Below are positions 47,694 to 57,511 of a stretch of DNA of 64,000 bases, in pieces. Source of the stretch: an uncultured Bacteroidota bacterium (GTDB taxonomy: Bacteria > Bacteroidota > Bacteroidia > Bacteroidales > P3); the NCBI GenBank assembly GCA_902782185.1, contig CACZLT010000023.1:6933-70932 (forward strand). Direction: 5' to 3'. Every line of letters starts with the position of its first letter. Positions within the stretch are counted from its first letter, which is position 1. Position numbers and translations under genes: made by a program. Below the pieces are notes generated by a model that made no database searches, had not been told where the DNA came from, and saw nothing but the letters and a program-made list of their open reading frames with translations.

Positions 47694-48002
47694 ATGGCAC
47701 AACTAAACCAGATGCAAAGGTACGCAATTTTTCTGTACCTGAAAGAAGAAAAGACGCAGGCATACATTGCCGGGCAGCTAACTGTCAGCAAATCAACCAT
47801 CAGCCGGGAGTTGAAACGAAACGGTGGCAAGCGAGGATACTCGTGGAAACAGGCGCAAGAGCAGTGCGACATGAGAAAAGAGAGGCTCCGCGAGCCGCGC
47901 AAGATGTGCGGGAAGGACGCGTGTGGCGCAGCGAACTGCATAGACCCACCTGGTTCAAAGAAGGCAACACGGTGCAACTGCGACAAAAAGGCTATGTTAT
48001 AA
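47694..48002 (+). mobile_element. IS30-family transposase N-terminal HTH fragment (remnant with no catalytic domain)
   Basis: MAQLNQMQRYAIFLYLKEEKTQAYIAGQLTVSKSTISRELKRNGGKRGYSWKQAQEQCDMRKERL matches the IS30 HTH_38-type start (...STISRELKRN...Y....A). It then degenerates, and no DDE domain appears in any frame nearby. Confidence 0.5.
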
Positions 48003-48429
48003 CCACCACCCTGCTGGGCGAAAACCGCTTCCGTACCGACGTGTTCAACAACATGGGGACTGAGATAGAAGGTTTCGTGGATGGAATGTCGTTCAGATAT
48101 ATCTTGCGCAATACACACGAAATACTTCCAGACTTTGTTTCCGATGCCGACACTACGATAGTTATTCTTCCCTTGGATGCACCTGCGGAGGCCAATACCA
48201 CGACAGATGCATGGGCTTACGGTGCTTGCTGTTACCTGATCCTGGACCACTCGGACACATCGGCCACCATAGTCATTCCCACACACACTAGGATGGACAT
48301 GACGACGAAATACTTTTGTTTCACCAAAATAACCCGATAAAAAAGAGGAACCGACGGACTCAAGCTACCGTCTATTGTAACGATACGTCCCTTTACGCCA
48401 TCGGCGTTCCCATCCAAAAGGCCAACACG

Positions 48430-48452
48430 AACCCCTGCCCCGCAGGGGTTTT
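48430..48452 (+). terminator. intrinsic terminator closing the IS30-remnant transcription unit
   Basis: aacccctgc-ccc-gcaggggtt forms a 9-bp stem followed by tt(cc). Confidence 0.55.
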
Positions 48453-48509
48453 CCGTTCAACAAAACACAACAAAAACAACATTTTTTTAGAAAGTAACTA
48501 AATTAGTTG

Positions 48510-48517
48510 TATCTTTG
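48510..48517 (+). promoter_or_regulatory. -7 box (TATCTTTG) for the decarboxylase gene
   Basis: TAnnTTTG match 62 nt upstream of ATG 48579. Confidence 0.6.
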
Positions 48518-48578
48518 CATCACCAATCCGAGTGAGTCGAGTTGGCGAAAATATTGTAAATTAATCAATTTAGTTGCG

Positions 48579-49979
48579 ATGAAAAACAAATATTACGACC
48601 TGATTGACCAGACGTTCGACTTCCCGCAGGACGAATTCCGGACGGAGGACGGCGAACTCTATTACCACGACATACCGCTGATGGAGGTCATCAAGCAATA
48701 TGGCACCCCGCTGAAAATCACCTACCTGCCAAAGATTTCGTCGCAGATTCAGCGCGCCAAGCGCATGTTCAACGTTGCCATAGCCAAGACGGACTACCAG
48801 GGTTCGTACAATTATTGCTATTGCACCAAGTCGTCGCACTTTGAGTTTGTGCTGCGCGAGGCGCTGAAGAACGACATTAACCTAGAAACATCGTCGGCTT
48901 TCGACATCAACCTGATACAGGAATTGCACTCGCAGGGACTGATTGAGAAAGACAAAACCATCGTCTGCAACGGATTCAAGAAAGATATATACATCGACAA
49001 TATCATCACCATTTTCAACGACGGATTCCGTAATGTAGTACCCATTCTGGACAACAAGAATGAATTCCACACCCTCGACCGGATGCTCCAGAATGCCGAT
49101 GAGCCGATGCAACTGGGCATCCGCATTGCCTCGGAAGAAGAACCCAAGTTCGACTTCTACACCTCGCGCCTCGGCATCCGCTACAACGACATCGTCTCTT
49201 TCTTCGAAGAGCAGATCAAGCCGAACCCCAAGTTCCACTTCAAGATGCTGCACTTCTTCATCAACACCGGCATCCGCGACACGGCCTACTACTGGAACGA
49301 ACTCTCCAAGTGTGTCAACGTTTACTGCGACCTCAAGCGCGTATGTCCGGAGCTTGACTCGCTCAACATCGGCGGCGGCTTCCCCTCGAAAGTCAGCCTG
49401 GCGGCCAACTTCGACTACGAATACATGGCCGAGGAAATCCTGGCCCAGATAAAGAACATCTGCACCCAACGCGGCGTGGAGGAGCCCAACATCTTCACCG
49501 AGTTCGGCTCGTTCACCGTCGGCGAGAGCGGCGCCACACTCTACAGCATCCTCGACCAAAAGCAGCAGAACGACCGCGAGCTGTGGTACATGATCGACTC
49601 CAGCTTCATCACCACCTTGCCCGACACCTGGGGCATCAACCAGCGCTTCATCATGCTTCCGGTGAACCACTGGGACTGCGAGTACCAGCGTGTCTTCCTC
49701 GGCGGACTTACCTGCGACAGCGAGGACTTCTACAACGCCGACAGCCACGCCAACGCCATCTTCCTGCCCAAACTGCAGAAGGACGACCCACTCTACATCG
49801 GTTTCTTCCACACCGGCGCCTACCAGGAGAGCATCGGCGGCTACGGCGGCATACAGCACTGCCTCATCCCCGCGCCGAAGCATGTCATCATAGACAAAGA
49901 CGAAAATGGCGAATACACTACAAAGTTATTCGCCAAAGAGCAGAGCTACAAGTCGATGCTGAAAATCCTGGGTTACTAG
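48579..49979 (+). CDS. type III PLP-dependent (Orn/DAP/Arg) decarboxylase, arginine-decarboxylase-like
   Basis: YGTPLKITYLPKI..., YCTKSS (PLP-Lys region), NIGGGFP, EFGSFTVGESG and CDSEDFY fit the alanine-racemase-fold decarboxylase pattern. The start was moved to MKNKYYDLIDQ. Confidence 0.65.
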   Translation: MKNKYYDLIDQTFDFPQDEFRTEDGELYYHDIPLMEVIKQYGTPLKITYLPKISSQIQRAKRMFNVAIAKTDYQGSYNYCYCTKSSHFEFVLREALKNDINLETSSAFDINLIQELHSQGLIEKDKTIVCNGFKKDIYIDNIITIFNDGFRNVVPILDNKNEFHTLDRMLQNADEPMQLGIRIASEEEPKFDFYTSRLGIRYNDIVSFFEEQIKPNPKFHFKMLHFFINTGIRDTAYYWNELSKCVNVYCDLKRVCPELDSLNIGGGFPSKVSLAANFDYEYMAEEILAQIKNICTQRGVEEPNIFTEFGSFTVGESGATLYSILDQKQQNDRELWYMIDSSFITTLPDTWGINQRFIMLPVNHWDCEYQRVFLGGLTCDSEDFYNADSHANAIFLPKLQKDDPLYIGFFHTGAYQESIGGYGGIQHCLIPAPKHVIIDKDENGEYTTKLFAKEQSYKSMLKILGY

Positions 49980-50701
49980 TTTTTATAGATTTCGTGCAAC
50001 TCGACCTCGTAGATGAAGGGGGTGTAGCCGGGTATCTCCCCGCTGCCACGCTCGCCGAAGGCCAGCTGATAGGGGAAGTAGAAGCGGTAGAGGCTGCCGG
50101 CATTCATCAACTGGAAGCCCTCAATCAAACCTGGGAACATGGGATTTCCCACCACATGGATGATTGAGTCGCGCTGGCCGTAGGACTGGTCGTAGTCCTG
50201 TCCGGAGAGCATCAATTTGCTTCGGTAGTCGAACTTGATACGCTGCGCCAGCCGGGCTTTGGGACCATTGCCTTCACGCAGCACCTCGTAGAAGAAGCCC
50301 GACGGATGCTCTTTCACGTTGGGATTGGTGCGCTTCAATTCAGCAAAATACTCATTCTGCAAGGCTTGCATATTCTCCTCCATTTGCTTGGAGCGATCCA
50401 TCTGCACAGCGTTGTGAAGAAACATCAAGTAGTTGATGGCCTGACCGGTTTGTTCTTGACTGAGGGGCTGTGGCTTCCCGTCAAGCGTGTGGCGAACCGC
50501 CTGCAGCACCCTGTCCTTATCCAATTCGCCGAGAGCCCCTTGTGACATAGCCTCAGCCAAGTTCTGGCCATAGGCCCACGAGAGGGTGTCGACCGCCGTG
50601 GAAAGCTTCACATCCGACGAAACGCCGCCACCCTGCTGATTGCACGAACAGAACAGCAATGCAGGCAATGCCGCCAGCAATATGGACAATCTCTTTTTCA
50701 T
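49976..50701 (-). CDS. FKBP-type peptidyl-prolyl isomerase lipoprotein
   Basis: It has the lipobox LLFCSC, an FKBP N-terminal dimerisation-like domain and a C-terminal FKBP_C (SGFFYEVLREGNG...FPGLIEGFQLMNAGSLYRFYFPYQLAFGERG). Its stop shares a CTAG with the decarboxylase stop. Confidence 0.8.
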   Translation of the reverse strand: MKKRLSILLAALPALLFCSCNQQGGGVSSDVKLSTAVDTLSWAYGQNLAEAMSQGALGELDKDRVLQAVRHTLDGKPQPLSQEQTGQAINYLMFLHNAVQMDRSKQMEENMQALQNEYFAELKRTNPNVKEHPSGFFYEVLREGNGPKARLAQRIKFDYRSKLMLSGQDYDQSYGQRDSIIHVVGNPMFPGLIEGFQLMNAGSLYRFYFPYQLAFGERGSGEIPGYTPFIYEVELHEIYKN

Positions 50702-50706
50702 GGAAT

Positions 50707-53079
50707 TTACTTTCTAATTACCAACTTGTTAGTGGAAACGCCCGCCGAGGTGTGGGCGCGTACCAGATAGAAGCCCGCCGGGACTGCCTCGAGCGAGAGG
50801 GTACACTCGTCGGAGCAACGCACATCGCTAACAGAACGCCCCATTATGTCCAGCAACTCTACCCGGCAAAGACCCTCAGCTCGAACCATGCAACGGCTAT
50901 ACGCAGGGTTGGGAGCCAGCGTAACCTCGGCGGCGGCGACATTCTGAATGCCCACATTGGCATCCCTGTATCTGCGGAAGAGGGGCTTGCGGTTTTGCGC
51001 GGTGAGCGAGAAGAAGGCGGTGGAGAGGTCGGTGGAAGCCGGTATGGCCAACACGGCGGTGCCTGTAGAGGAGGCGTAAGTGGCGGCAATGAGGGAGAGG
51101 TCATCAGCGACAAGAGCCACATAAGTATAGGGTTCGGTCTCCACTGTAACCCTGTCCCCTTCCCGAAGGGCGGAGAAAGCAAGGTCGGAGGCAGTGCCAA
51201 GCCAAGGCATGAGCGAGGGGTCGCCCATGAGTTCATAGATTTCCCAGTAGTACTCAATCATGTCCCGCTCCTGGCTGGAGGTGGAACGGCTATTGACGGA
51301 CATGAGTCCCGAATGGAGGATAGCACCGGCAGTGATGGCGTAGTTGGAGAAGGCTTCATTGTGGGTATGGAACAGTCGGTCGTAGGAGCCAAGGTGAGAG
51401 GCACCGTAGGAGGTGTTCATGGTGTTGTGTATGTTGTCGCGGACACCGACAGAGAAGTAGAAGTCCTGGTCCCAGAAAGTGGAGTTGGTGCCGCCGATAT
51501 AGCCGATGGCACCGGCGTTGCCTTCCTTGCGGAGGAGGGTCTCGGCAAAGCAGGAGGAAGTGTTGAAATGGCTGGAGAGGCAGCAGTTGCCAATCATGAA
51601 AGAGGGCTTACCGTTGTTGGTCATGCGCTCCACGTCATTGTTGTAGAATCGGGGGTCGCCCCAACCGATCTCAAAGCCGTGGGCGGAGTAGTTAATCCAG
51701 CCGATGCCCTCGTTGTAGAGGGCGCGGAGTGCCGAGGCGGTGTTGCGGGCCTGCGAACTGCCGGTAACGGTAACGCCTGCGGGGGCAAAGTCAATGTTGT
51801 TCTTATAGTAGGTTACGTCGGTATAACCGTTGTCGGCATTGATGTAGTATCGGGCGATATAGTCCATGGAGGGGTCGGCACACCGCCAGGCATTGTCCCA
51901 TTCGTCGGTGTCATAGCCGTTGTCCACGCCGGCGATGAGGGCGGCACGGGCCAGGTAACTGTCGTCGGTGAACTGGTATTTCTCGTAGAGAAGGGTCTTG
52001 TTGATGATGTTGTTGAGGGTGGCGGTGTCGGTGGCGGAGAAGCGGCCGAGGTAGCAGTCGCGGATGTTGTCGGAGGTCCAGAGGGTGTAGTAGTGGTCAG
52101 TGATGTGGTCGTCGAGATTGTAACCCCAGCCTCGGAGGAAGTTGGAGGCGGAGAGGTTGCACTCGAAGGCGGGTAGTTGCTCGTGGTCGCCGACGAGGAG
52201 GAGGAAGGTGGGTGCGGGCGTTTCGTCGGTGGCGGTGAGGTAGAGTTGCTTGACCGCGGCGGCGATATCGGAGGGAGTGTTGGAGGAGAGATCGGAGGTG
52301 TAGATGAGGTCGACGAGCATACCCTGCTTGCGCTTCCAATCAACGAAGCGTTGCAGGGAGGCACTTTGGCGGATGCCCGGAATGTTACCGGCCACGATGG
52401 TGATGCGGAGGGGGGCTATGCCGTTGGTGATTTTGGGGAAGGGGCTGTTGAGTGTCGAGGCGGGGGTGAAGGCGGGGGTGTAGTAGCGGCGGTAGTGGTC
52501 GAGGGTGCGCTCGGTGTCGGCACCGACGAAGCGGAGGGTGATGTCGGCACTGCGGCAGACGACGACCTGGCCGGTAACAGGGTTGATGCTGACGGGCGAG
52601 TAGGTAAGTCGAGCCAGGTTGCGGTCGCGCCCCACGCCAAGGGGCTGCACTTGGGCGAGGGGGAGGCCGTGGAGGGCATCGACGGAGTAGACCTTCTTAT
52701 CGACAACCGGGGCGGGACGGCTGGTGTCGGACTTGGAGCGTGCCGGCTGCATGGGATAGGCCAGGAAAGGGGGGAGGAGCGTGGGGAGGGTGTCGTAGCG
52801 GGCATTGGTTACCTCGACGGTGATGTTGTCGCAGAAGGGGGTGGCGATCATGTGGCTCTGCACGGGCAAGGCCGGGGTGCCGACCTCGCCGCCGAGGGCG
52901 TAGCCCGGAAGGGAGAGGGCGGTGTAGTGGACGTCGCCCAGCTGGCGCTGGGTGGCGACGGGGGCGGGAATCTCGAAGTGCAGGCGGAGTCGCTGCAGGT
53001 TGTCTTCGAGCAGTTGCTGGGCACTGGCGGTGGCTGTGAACGCCGCCATGAGGAGGAGGGGTGCGAATGCTTTTTTCAT
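50707..53079 (-). CDS. C25-family (gingipain-like) cysteine peptidase with a T9SS C-terminal sorting domain
   Basis: It has a signal peptide, LLLVGDHEQLP, the catalytic contexts INYSAHG (His) and MIGNCCLSSHF (Cys), and the C-terminus ...VPAGFYLVRAHTSAGVSTNKLVIRK. Confidence 0.8.
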   Translation of the reverse strand: MKKAFAPLLLMAAFTATASAQQLLEDNLQRLRLHFEIPAPVATQRQLGDVHYTALSLPGYALGGEVGTPALPVQSHMIATPFCDNITVEVTNARYDTLPTLLPPFLAYPMQPARSKSDTSRPAPVVDKKVYSVDALHGLPLAQVQPLGVGRDRNLARLTYSPVSINPVTGQVVVCRSADITLRFVGADTERTLDHYRRYYTPAFTPASTLNSPFPKITNGIAPLRITIVAGNIPGIRQSASLQRFVDWKRKQGMLVDLIYTSDLSSNTPSDIAAAVKQLYLTATDETPAPTFLLLVGDHEQLPAFECNLSASNFLRGWGYNLDDHITDHYYTLWTSDNIRDCYLGRFSATDTATLNNIINKTLLYEKYQFTDDSYLARAALIAGVDNGYDTDEWDNAWRCADPSMDYIARYYINADNGYTDVTYYKNNIDFAPAGVTVTGSSQARNTASALRALYNEGIGWINYSAHGFEIGWGDPRFYNNDVERMTNNGKPSFMIGNCCLSSHFNTSSCFAETLLRKEGNAGAIGYIGGTNSTFWDQDFYFSVGVRDNIHNTMNTSYGASHLGSYDRLFHTHNEAFSNYAITAGAILHSGLMSVNSRSTSSQERDMIEYYWEIYELMGDPSLMPWLGTASDLAFSALREGDRVTVETEPYTYVALVADDLSLIAATYASSTGTAVLAIPASTDLSTAFFSLTAQNRKPLFRRYRDANVGIQNVAAAEVTLAPNPAYSRCMVRAEGLCRVELLDIMGRSVSDVRCSDECTLSLEAVPAGFYLVRAHTSAGVSTNKLVIRK

Positions 53080-53142
53080 TTTATGTTCATTTTGTTTATT
53101 TTTTGTCGATGAACGGTAGGGATTTGCTCCACGAAGCCGTAA

Positions 53143-53213
53143 GACTCTCTAGGTACTCCCTAGATACTCTCTTAATGAATACATAAGCTCTGGTGCGATA
53201 TGGAACTATATGG
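53143..53213 (+). repeat. interspersed ~70-nt repeat, copy D
   Basis: GACTCTCTAGGTACTCCCTAGATACTCTCTTAATGAATACATAAGCTCTGGTGCGATATGGAACTATATGG lies between the C25 start and the rluA-family stop. Confidence 0.9.
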
Positions 53214-53219
53214 ACTATT

Positions 53220-53921
53220 TCAGTTTTTGAGGTGGAACATTTTTTCAATTTCGGGGTGTGGCGCGACGATGGTAACAATCTCATCTCGAACGGGATGCTG
53301 GAATGTTATCTTTCTGGCATGCAGCGAGATGGAACCGTCAGGATTGGAACGCGGGGCGCCGTATTTGAGGTCGCCCTTGATGGGACATCCGATGTTGGCC
53401 AGCTGGCAGCGTATCTGGTGATGGCGGCCGGTGTGGAGGTTGATGTCGAGGAGGTGGTAACCGCCATCGCTGACAGCGATGTCGGTGTAGGTGAGGCGTG
53501 CCAGCTTGGCGCCGGCCTGCCCGTTGGAGACGCAGTAGGACTTGTTGAACTGCTCACGCTTGACGAGCCAGTTCTCCAGCAGCGCCTCGGACTGGGGCGG
53601 TGCGTTGCGAACCACGGCCCAGTAGTGCTTCTCGAAATCGCGTGTACGTACCTTGTCGACCATACGGACGAGGGCCTTGGAGGTCTTGGCCAGGAGTACC
53701 ACGCCGCTGACGGGGCGGTCGATGCGGTGGATGAGGCCGCAATAGACCTGTCCGGGCTTGTGGTCGCGCTCCTTGATGAAGGCTTTCACCAGGTCGGTCA
53801 AGGCGGGGTCGCCTGTCTTGTCGCCCTGACAAATCTGCCCTGGCAACTTGTTGATTGCCAGCAAGTGGTTGTCCTCGTATAGAATTCGGAGGTCGGGGGT
53901 CAGAGGACGGAGGTCGTTCAT
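53220..53921 (-). CDS. RluA-family pseudouridine synthase
   Basis: ILYEDNHLLAINKLPG, GLIHRIDRPVSGVVLLAKT (catalytic Asp motif) and HTGRHHQIRCQL fit the family. The start was moved to ATG 53921. Confidence 0.85.
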   Translation of the reverse strand: MNDLRPLTPDLRILYEDNHLLAINKLPGQICQGDKTGDPALTDLVKAFIKERDHKPGQVYCGLIHRIDRPVSGVVLLAKTSKALVRMVDKVRTRDFEKHYWAVVRNAPPQSEALLENWLVKREQFNKSYCVSNGQAGAKLARLTYTDIAVSDGGYHLLDINLHTGRHHQIRCQLANIGCPIKGDLKYGAPRSNPDGSISLHARKITFQHPVRDEIVTIVAPHPEIEKMFHLKN

Positions 53922-54577
53922 ACGATTTCTGCAATGGGGCTTATGCCGTTGCGGACTTTGTCCTGCAGACCGACGTTGATGGAGAAGTCGAGCGGGAGAA
54001 AGAGGTCGACACGGGATCCGAACTTGATGAAGCCCATCTCCTGGTTCTGTTTGACATGTTCGCCCTCTCTGGCGTAGCAGACGATGCGGCGGGCCATGAC
54101 ACCGGCCACCTGTCGCAGCAGGATACGCTGGCCACCGGGGAGGTGCAGGCCGACCTCGGTGCGCTCGTTGAGGTCGCTGCTCTTGGGGTAGGAGGCGACG
54201 AAGTAGTTGCCGCGGCGCACCTTGACGTACTCGACGGTTGCGTCGCAGGGGTAGCGGTTGACGTGGACATCGGTGCCCGACATGAAGATGGAAACCATCA
54301 TGGCATCGGCCTTGAGGTAGTCTTTCTCGTAGACCTGCTCGATGGCGACGATGGTGCCGTCGGCGGGCGCGATGAGTTCGGAGGCATTTTCGATGAAGAT
54401 ACGGCGCGGGATGCGGAAGAAGGCGGTTACCATGAGGCCGAAGACAACCAGGGCGGCGACGAAGAGGTAGTGCAGCCAAGTCCACTGGCGCACCACCAGC
54501 AGCAACAGCAGCACTATGAGGAAGATGGCTGCGGCGGTGATAAGGATGATATTTTTTCCTTCGCGGTGTATTTTCAT
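53918..54577 (-). CDS. psd: phosphatidylserine decarboxylase (short, membrane-anchored type)
   Basis: It has N-terminal TM helices, PADGTIVAIE, and the self-cleavage region GFIKFGSRVDLFLP. The start was moved to ATG 54577. Confidence 0.85.
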   Translation of the reverse strand: MKIHREGKNIILITAAAIFLIVLLLLLVVRQWTWLHYLFVAALVVFGLMVTAFFRIPRRIFIENASELIAPADGTIVAIEQVYEKDYLKADAMMVSIFMSGTDVHVNRYPCDATVEYVKVRRGNYFVASYPKSSDLNERTEVGLHLPGGQRILLRQVAGVMARRIVCYAREGEHVKQNQEMGFIKFGSRVDLFLPLDFSINVGLQDKVRNGISPIAEIV

Positions 54578-55419
54578 AATACCAGATGGATGTAAAGATA
54601 GACAAAGGGCATGATGATGAGCAGGCTGTCGAAGCGGTCGAGGAATCCGCCGTGGCCGGGCATGACGCGGCCGCTGTCCTTGACGCCGACAGAGCGCTTG
54701 AGCATGCTTTCGACGAGGTCGCCCAGCGTGTCGACCACCGAGCAGAGCAAGCCCAGGGCGAGCCAGTGGGGCCAAGCGATGGCGGGTACCAGAAGCGGAC
54801 CCACGAAGAGGGCCAGCAGCAGCGTTACCAGCACACCGAAGGCGGTACCCTCCCAGGTCTTGCCGGGCGAGTGACGCGGCCACATCTTGTGGCGGCCGAA
54901 AAGCGAGCCTCCGATGTAGGCACCGCTGTCGTTGACCCACACCATTGCAATGACCATCAGCAGGGCATGCTCGCCCAGGTCGGAGACCAGCGTGGACATC
55001 AGCGCCAGCGGCAGGGCGGCGTAAAGCATGGGCACCAGGGTGTAGGCGGCCTCGCGGAAAGGCTGCTCGCTGCGGTACCACAACTGGGTGATGGCCGACA
55101 GGGCAAAGCAGGCCGGGAAGGCCGAGTAGCCCATCAGCATCAGACCGAAGCCCTTCAGTCCCATCAGCGGCACCGCCACGAAGAGCAGGAGGGTGGCCAC
55201 GGCATAGAGATAGCCCAACGGGCGGCAGGGCGCGGCTCCCTGCTGGCGCACCATGCGGAAGAACTCGTAGGTGCAGCCCACCGTAACAAAGAGCAGGAAA
55301 GCGCCAAAGATCATCTGTCCCAACAGGGCGTTGCCGGTGAGGCGGCCACTGTAGAGGGTGCCGAGGAAGAGCAGCACATAGACTGCCGCCGAGGCGGTAC
55401 GTATCCAGAAGGTCTTCAT
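54574..55419 (-). CDS. cdsA: phosphatidate cytidylyltransferase
   Basis: It is polytopic and carries the signature SMLKRSVGVKDSGRVMPGHGGFLDRFDS. Confidence 0.9.
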   Translation of the reverse strand: MKTFWIRTASAAVYVLLFLGTLYSGRLTGNALLGQMIFGAFLLFVTVGCTYEFFRMVRQQGAAPCRPLGYLYAVATLLLFVAVPLMGLKGFGLMLMGYSAFPACFALSAITQLWYRSEQPFREAAYTLVPMLYAALPLALMSTLVSDLGEHALLMVIAMVWVNDSGAYIGGSLFGRHKMWPRHSPGKTWEGTAFGVLVTLLLALFVGPLLVPAIAWPHWLALGLLCSVVDTLGDLVESMLKRSVGVKDSGRVMPGHGGFLDRFDSLLIIMPFVYLYIHLVL

Positions 55420-57482
55420 GAGTTCTGATCTGTGGTTTCTGAGTTCTGATCTGTGGTTTCTGAATTCTGAATGGTGGTCTCCGGAATTCCCGGAGTCTCC
55501 GGATTATCCGACGGTTCCGGGGTATCCCACGGGCGCGGGCCATAGATGCGCTCCAGGTCTTCGCGGAAGAGTACCTCCTTGTCGTAGAGCTGGGTGGCCA
55601 ACTGGTCGAGCTGGTCGCGGTGGGTGAGGATGAGTTCCTTGGCCTTGGCGTAGGCCTCCTCCACCATGCGGCGCACCTCGGCGTCGATGGTCTCGGCGGT
55701 CTTTTCGGAGAAAGGTTTGGTCAATCCCCACTCGCTCTGGCCGGTGGAGTCGTAGAAGCTGATATTGCCCACCTCGGGGCTCATGCCATAGTAGGTAACC
55801 AGAGCCTGCGCCATCTTGGTGGCGCGCTCGATGTCGTTGAGGGCACCGGTGCTTATCTTGCCGAAGACTATCTCCTCGCTGGCGCGGCCGGCCATGAGGG
55901 AGGTCATCTCGTCGAACATCTGCTCGTAGGTGGTAATCTGGCGCTCCTCCGGCAGGTACCAAGCGGCGCCGAGAGCCTTTCCTCGCGGCACGATGGTTAC
56001 CTTCACCAGCGGGTTGGCCCAGCGCAGAAGCCAAGAGACCGAAGCGTGGCCGCTCTCGTGGTAGGCAATGGTGCGTTTCTCGGTCTCCGAGAGCACCTTG
56101 GTGCGTTTCTCGAGACCGCCGACGATGCGGTCCACGGCATCGAGGAAGTCCTGTTTCTCAATGAATTTCTTGTTCTTGCGAGCAGCCACCAGGGCGGCCT
56201 CGTTGCACACGTTGGCGATGTCGGCACCGCTGAATCCGGGGGTCTGCTTGGCCAGGAAGTCGCGGTCCACATAGCCCTCGCTCTGCTCGTCGGTGTTGAG
56301 CTTCAGCTTCTGCATGTGGACAGCGAAGATGGCCTTTCGCTCCTCGATGTCAGGCAGTTCCACATAAATCTGGCGGTCGAAGCGGCCGGCGCGCATCAGC
56401 GCCTTGTCGAGCACGTCGGCGCGGTTGGTGGCGGCCAGCACGATGACGTTGGTGCCGCTGGAGAAGCCATCCATCTCGGTCAGCAGCTGGTTGAGGGTGT
56501 TCTCGCGCTCATCGTTGCCGCCGGTGAAGCCACGGCCGCCGCGCGCACGGCCGACGGCGTCGATTTCATCTATAAACACAATGCAGGGCGACTTCTTCTT
56601 GGCCTCCTCGAAGAGTCCACGCACACGCGAGGCACCCACGCCGACGAACATCTCGACGAAGTCGGAACCGCTCATGGAGAAGAACGGCACGCCCGCCTCG
56701 CCGGCCACGGCCTTAGCCAGCAGGGTCTTACCCGTGCCCGGAGGGCCTACGAGGAGCACACCCTTGGGGATTTTGCCGCCGAGGTCGGTGTAGTGCTTGG
56801 GATTCTTGAGGAAATCAACCACCTCCATCACCTCCTCCTTGGCGCCGGCCAGGCCGGCCACGTCCTTGAAGGTTACATTGTTCTGCTTGGTGGCGTCATA
56901 CTGTTTCACATTGCTGCGGCCGAAGCCGAACATGCCGCCCAGGCCACCGCCCTCGCCGCCCATCTGCTTGCGGGCGTAAGCGCTCATGCCCCAGAAGAAG
57001 AGCATGAAGAGCAGCAGCGGGGCGAACCACACGAGCATCTCGCGCAAAGCGTTGCTGCGGGTGTCGATTTTGTAGCTGACGTGCACGCCGGTCTTCTCCT
57101 CAATGCGGGCCATCTCCTTGTCGAAGTGATCCAGGTCGCCGATATTGAGGACGTAGATGCCGTTGGGGGCTGGCTGGCTGGTGATGGAATAGTTGAGCAG
57201 GTCGCGATAGGTGGTGTCGGTCTTGACAGCCTCGGGCTTGACCTTGATTTCGGCCTGCTCCTTGTTCACAACGGTGATGCTCTCATAGTCGCCGCGCTCA
57301 AGGACGTACTCCAGCCGGGTCCAATCGGCAGGCACCTTGCTGCTCCCCTTGCCTCCGAAGAAGCCGAAGAGGAGACCCAGCATGATGATGCCGTATATAA
57401 TGAATAACACGCGTGAGACCTTGGGGCGGTTGCCCTGGGGTGGCTTGGGGGTGTTCTGCTGTTGTTGTTGCTGTTTTGCCAT
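55416..57482 (-). CDS. ftsH: ATP-dependent zinc metalloprotease FtsH
   Basis: It has [13 protein letters not shown] (Walker A), IVFIDEIDA (Walker B), the SRH, and HESGHA (zinc site). The C-terminal tail has ETT(D/I)QNS heptad repeats. Confidence 0.95.
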   Translation of the reverse strand: MAKQQQQQQNTPKPPQGNRPKVSRVLFIIYGIIMLGLLFGFFGGKGSSKVPADWTRLEYVLERGDYESITVVNKEQAEIKVKPEAVKTDTTYRDLLNYSITSQPAPNGIYVLNIGDLDHFDKEMARIEEKTGVHVSYKIDTRSNALREMLVWFAPLLLFMLFFWGMSAYARKQMGGEGGGLGGMFGFGRSNVKQYDATKQNNVTFKDVAGLAGAKEEVMEVVDFLKNPKHYTDLGGKIPKGVLLVGPPGTGKTLLAKAVAGEAGVPFFSMSGSDFVEMFVGVGASRVRGLFEEAKKKSPCIVFIDEIDAVGRARGGRGFTGGNDERENTLNQLLTEMDGFSSGTNVIVLAATNRADVLDKALMRAGRFDRQIYVELPDIEERKAIFAVHMQKLKLNTDEQSEGYVDRDFLAKQTPGFSGADIANVCNEAALVAARKNKKFIEKQDFLDAVDRIVGGLEKRTKVLSETEKRTIAYHESGHASVSWLLRWANPLVKVTIVPRGKALGAAWYLPEERQITTYEQMFDEMTSLMAGRASEEIVFGKISTGALNDIERATKMAQALVTYYGMSPEVGNISFYDSTGQSEWGLTKPFSEKTAETIDAEVRRMVEEAYAKAKELILTHRDQLDQLATQLYDKEVLFREDLERIYGPRPWDTPEPSDNPETPGIPETTIQNSETTDQNSETTDQNS
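55420..55482 (-). repeat. 3 x 21-nt tandem repeat at the ftsH 3' end
   Basis: gagttctgatctgtggtttct occurs twice perfectly, followed by the degenerate gaattctgaatggtggtctcc. It encodes [14 protein letters not shown] and sits directly beside the cdsA start. Confidence 0.8.
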
Positions 57483-57511
57483 TCTTAACTACTTGACTAC
57501 TGACTACTTGA

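Noticed and set aside
47843-48340. A 165-aa ORF following the IS30 HTH fragment
   Set aside because: It has no recognisable motif, its start is unclear, and its 5' half overlaps the decayed transposase frame. It is not called as a gene and is mentioned only under the IS30-remnant finding.
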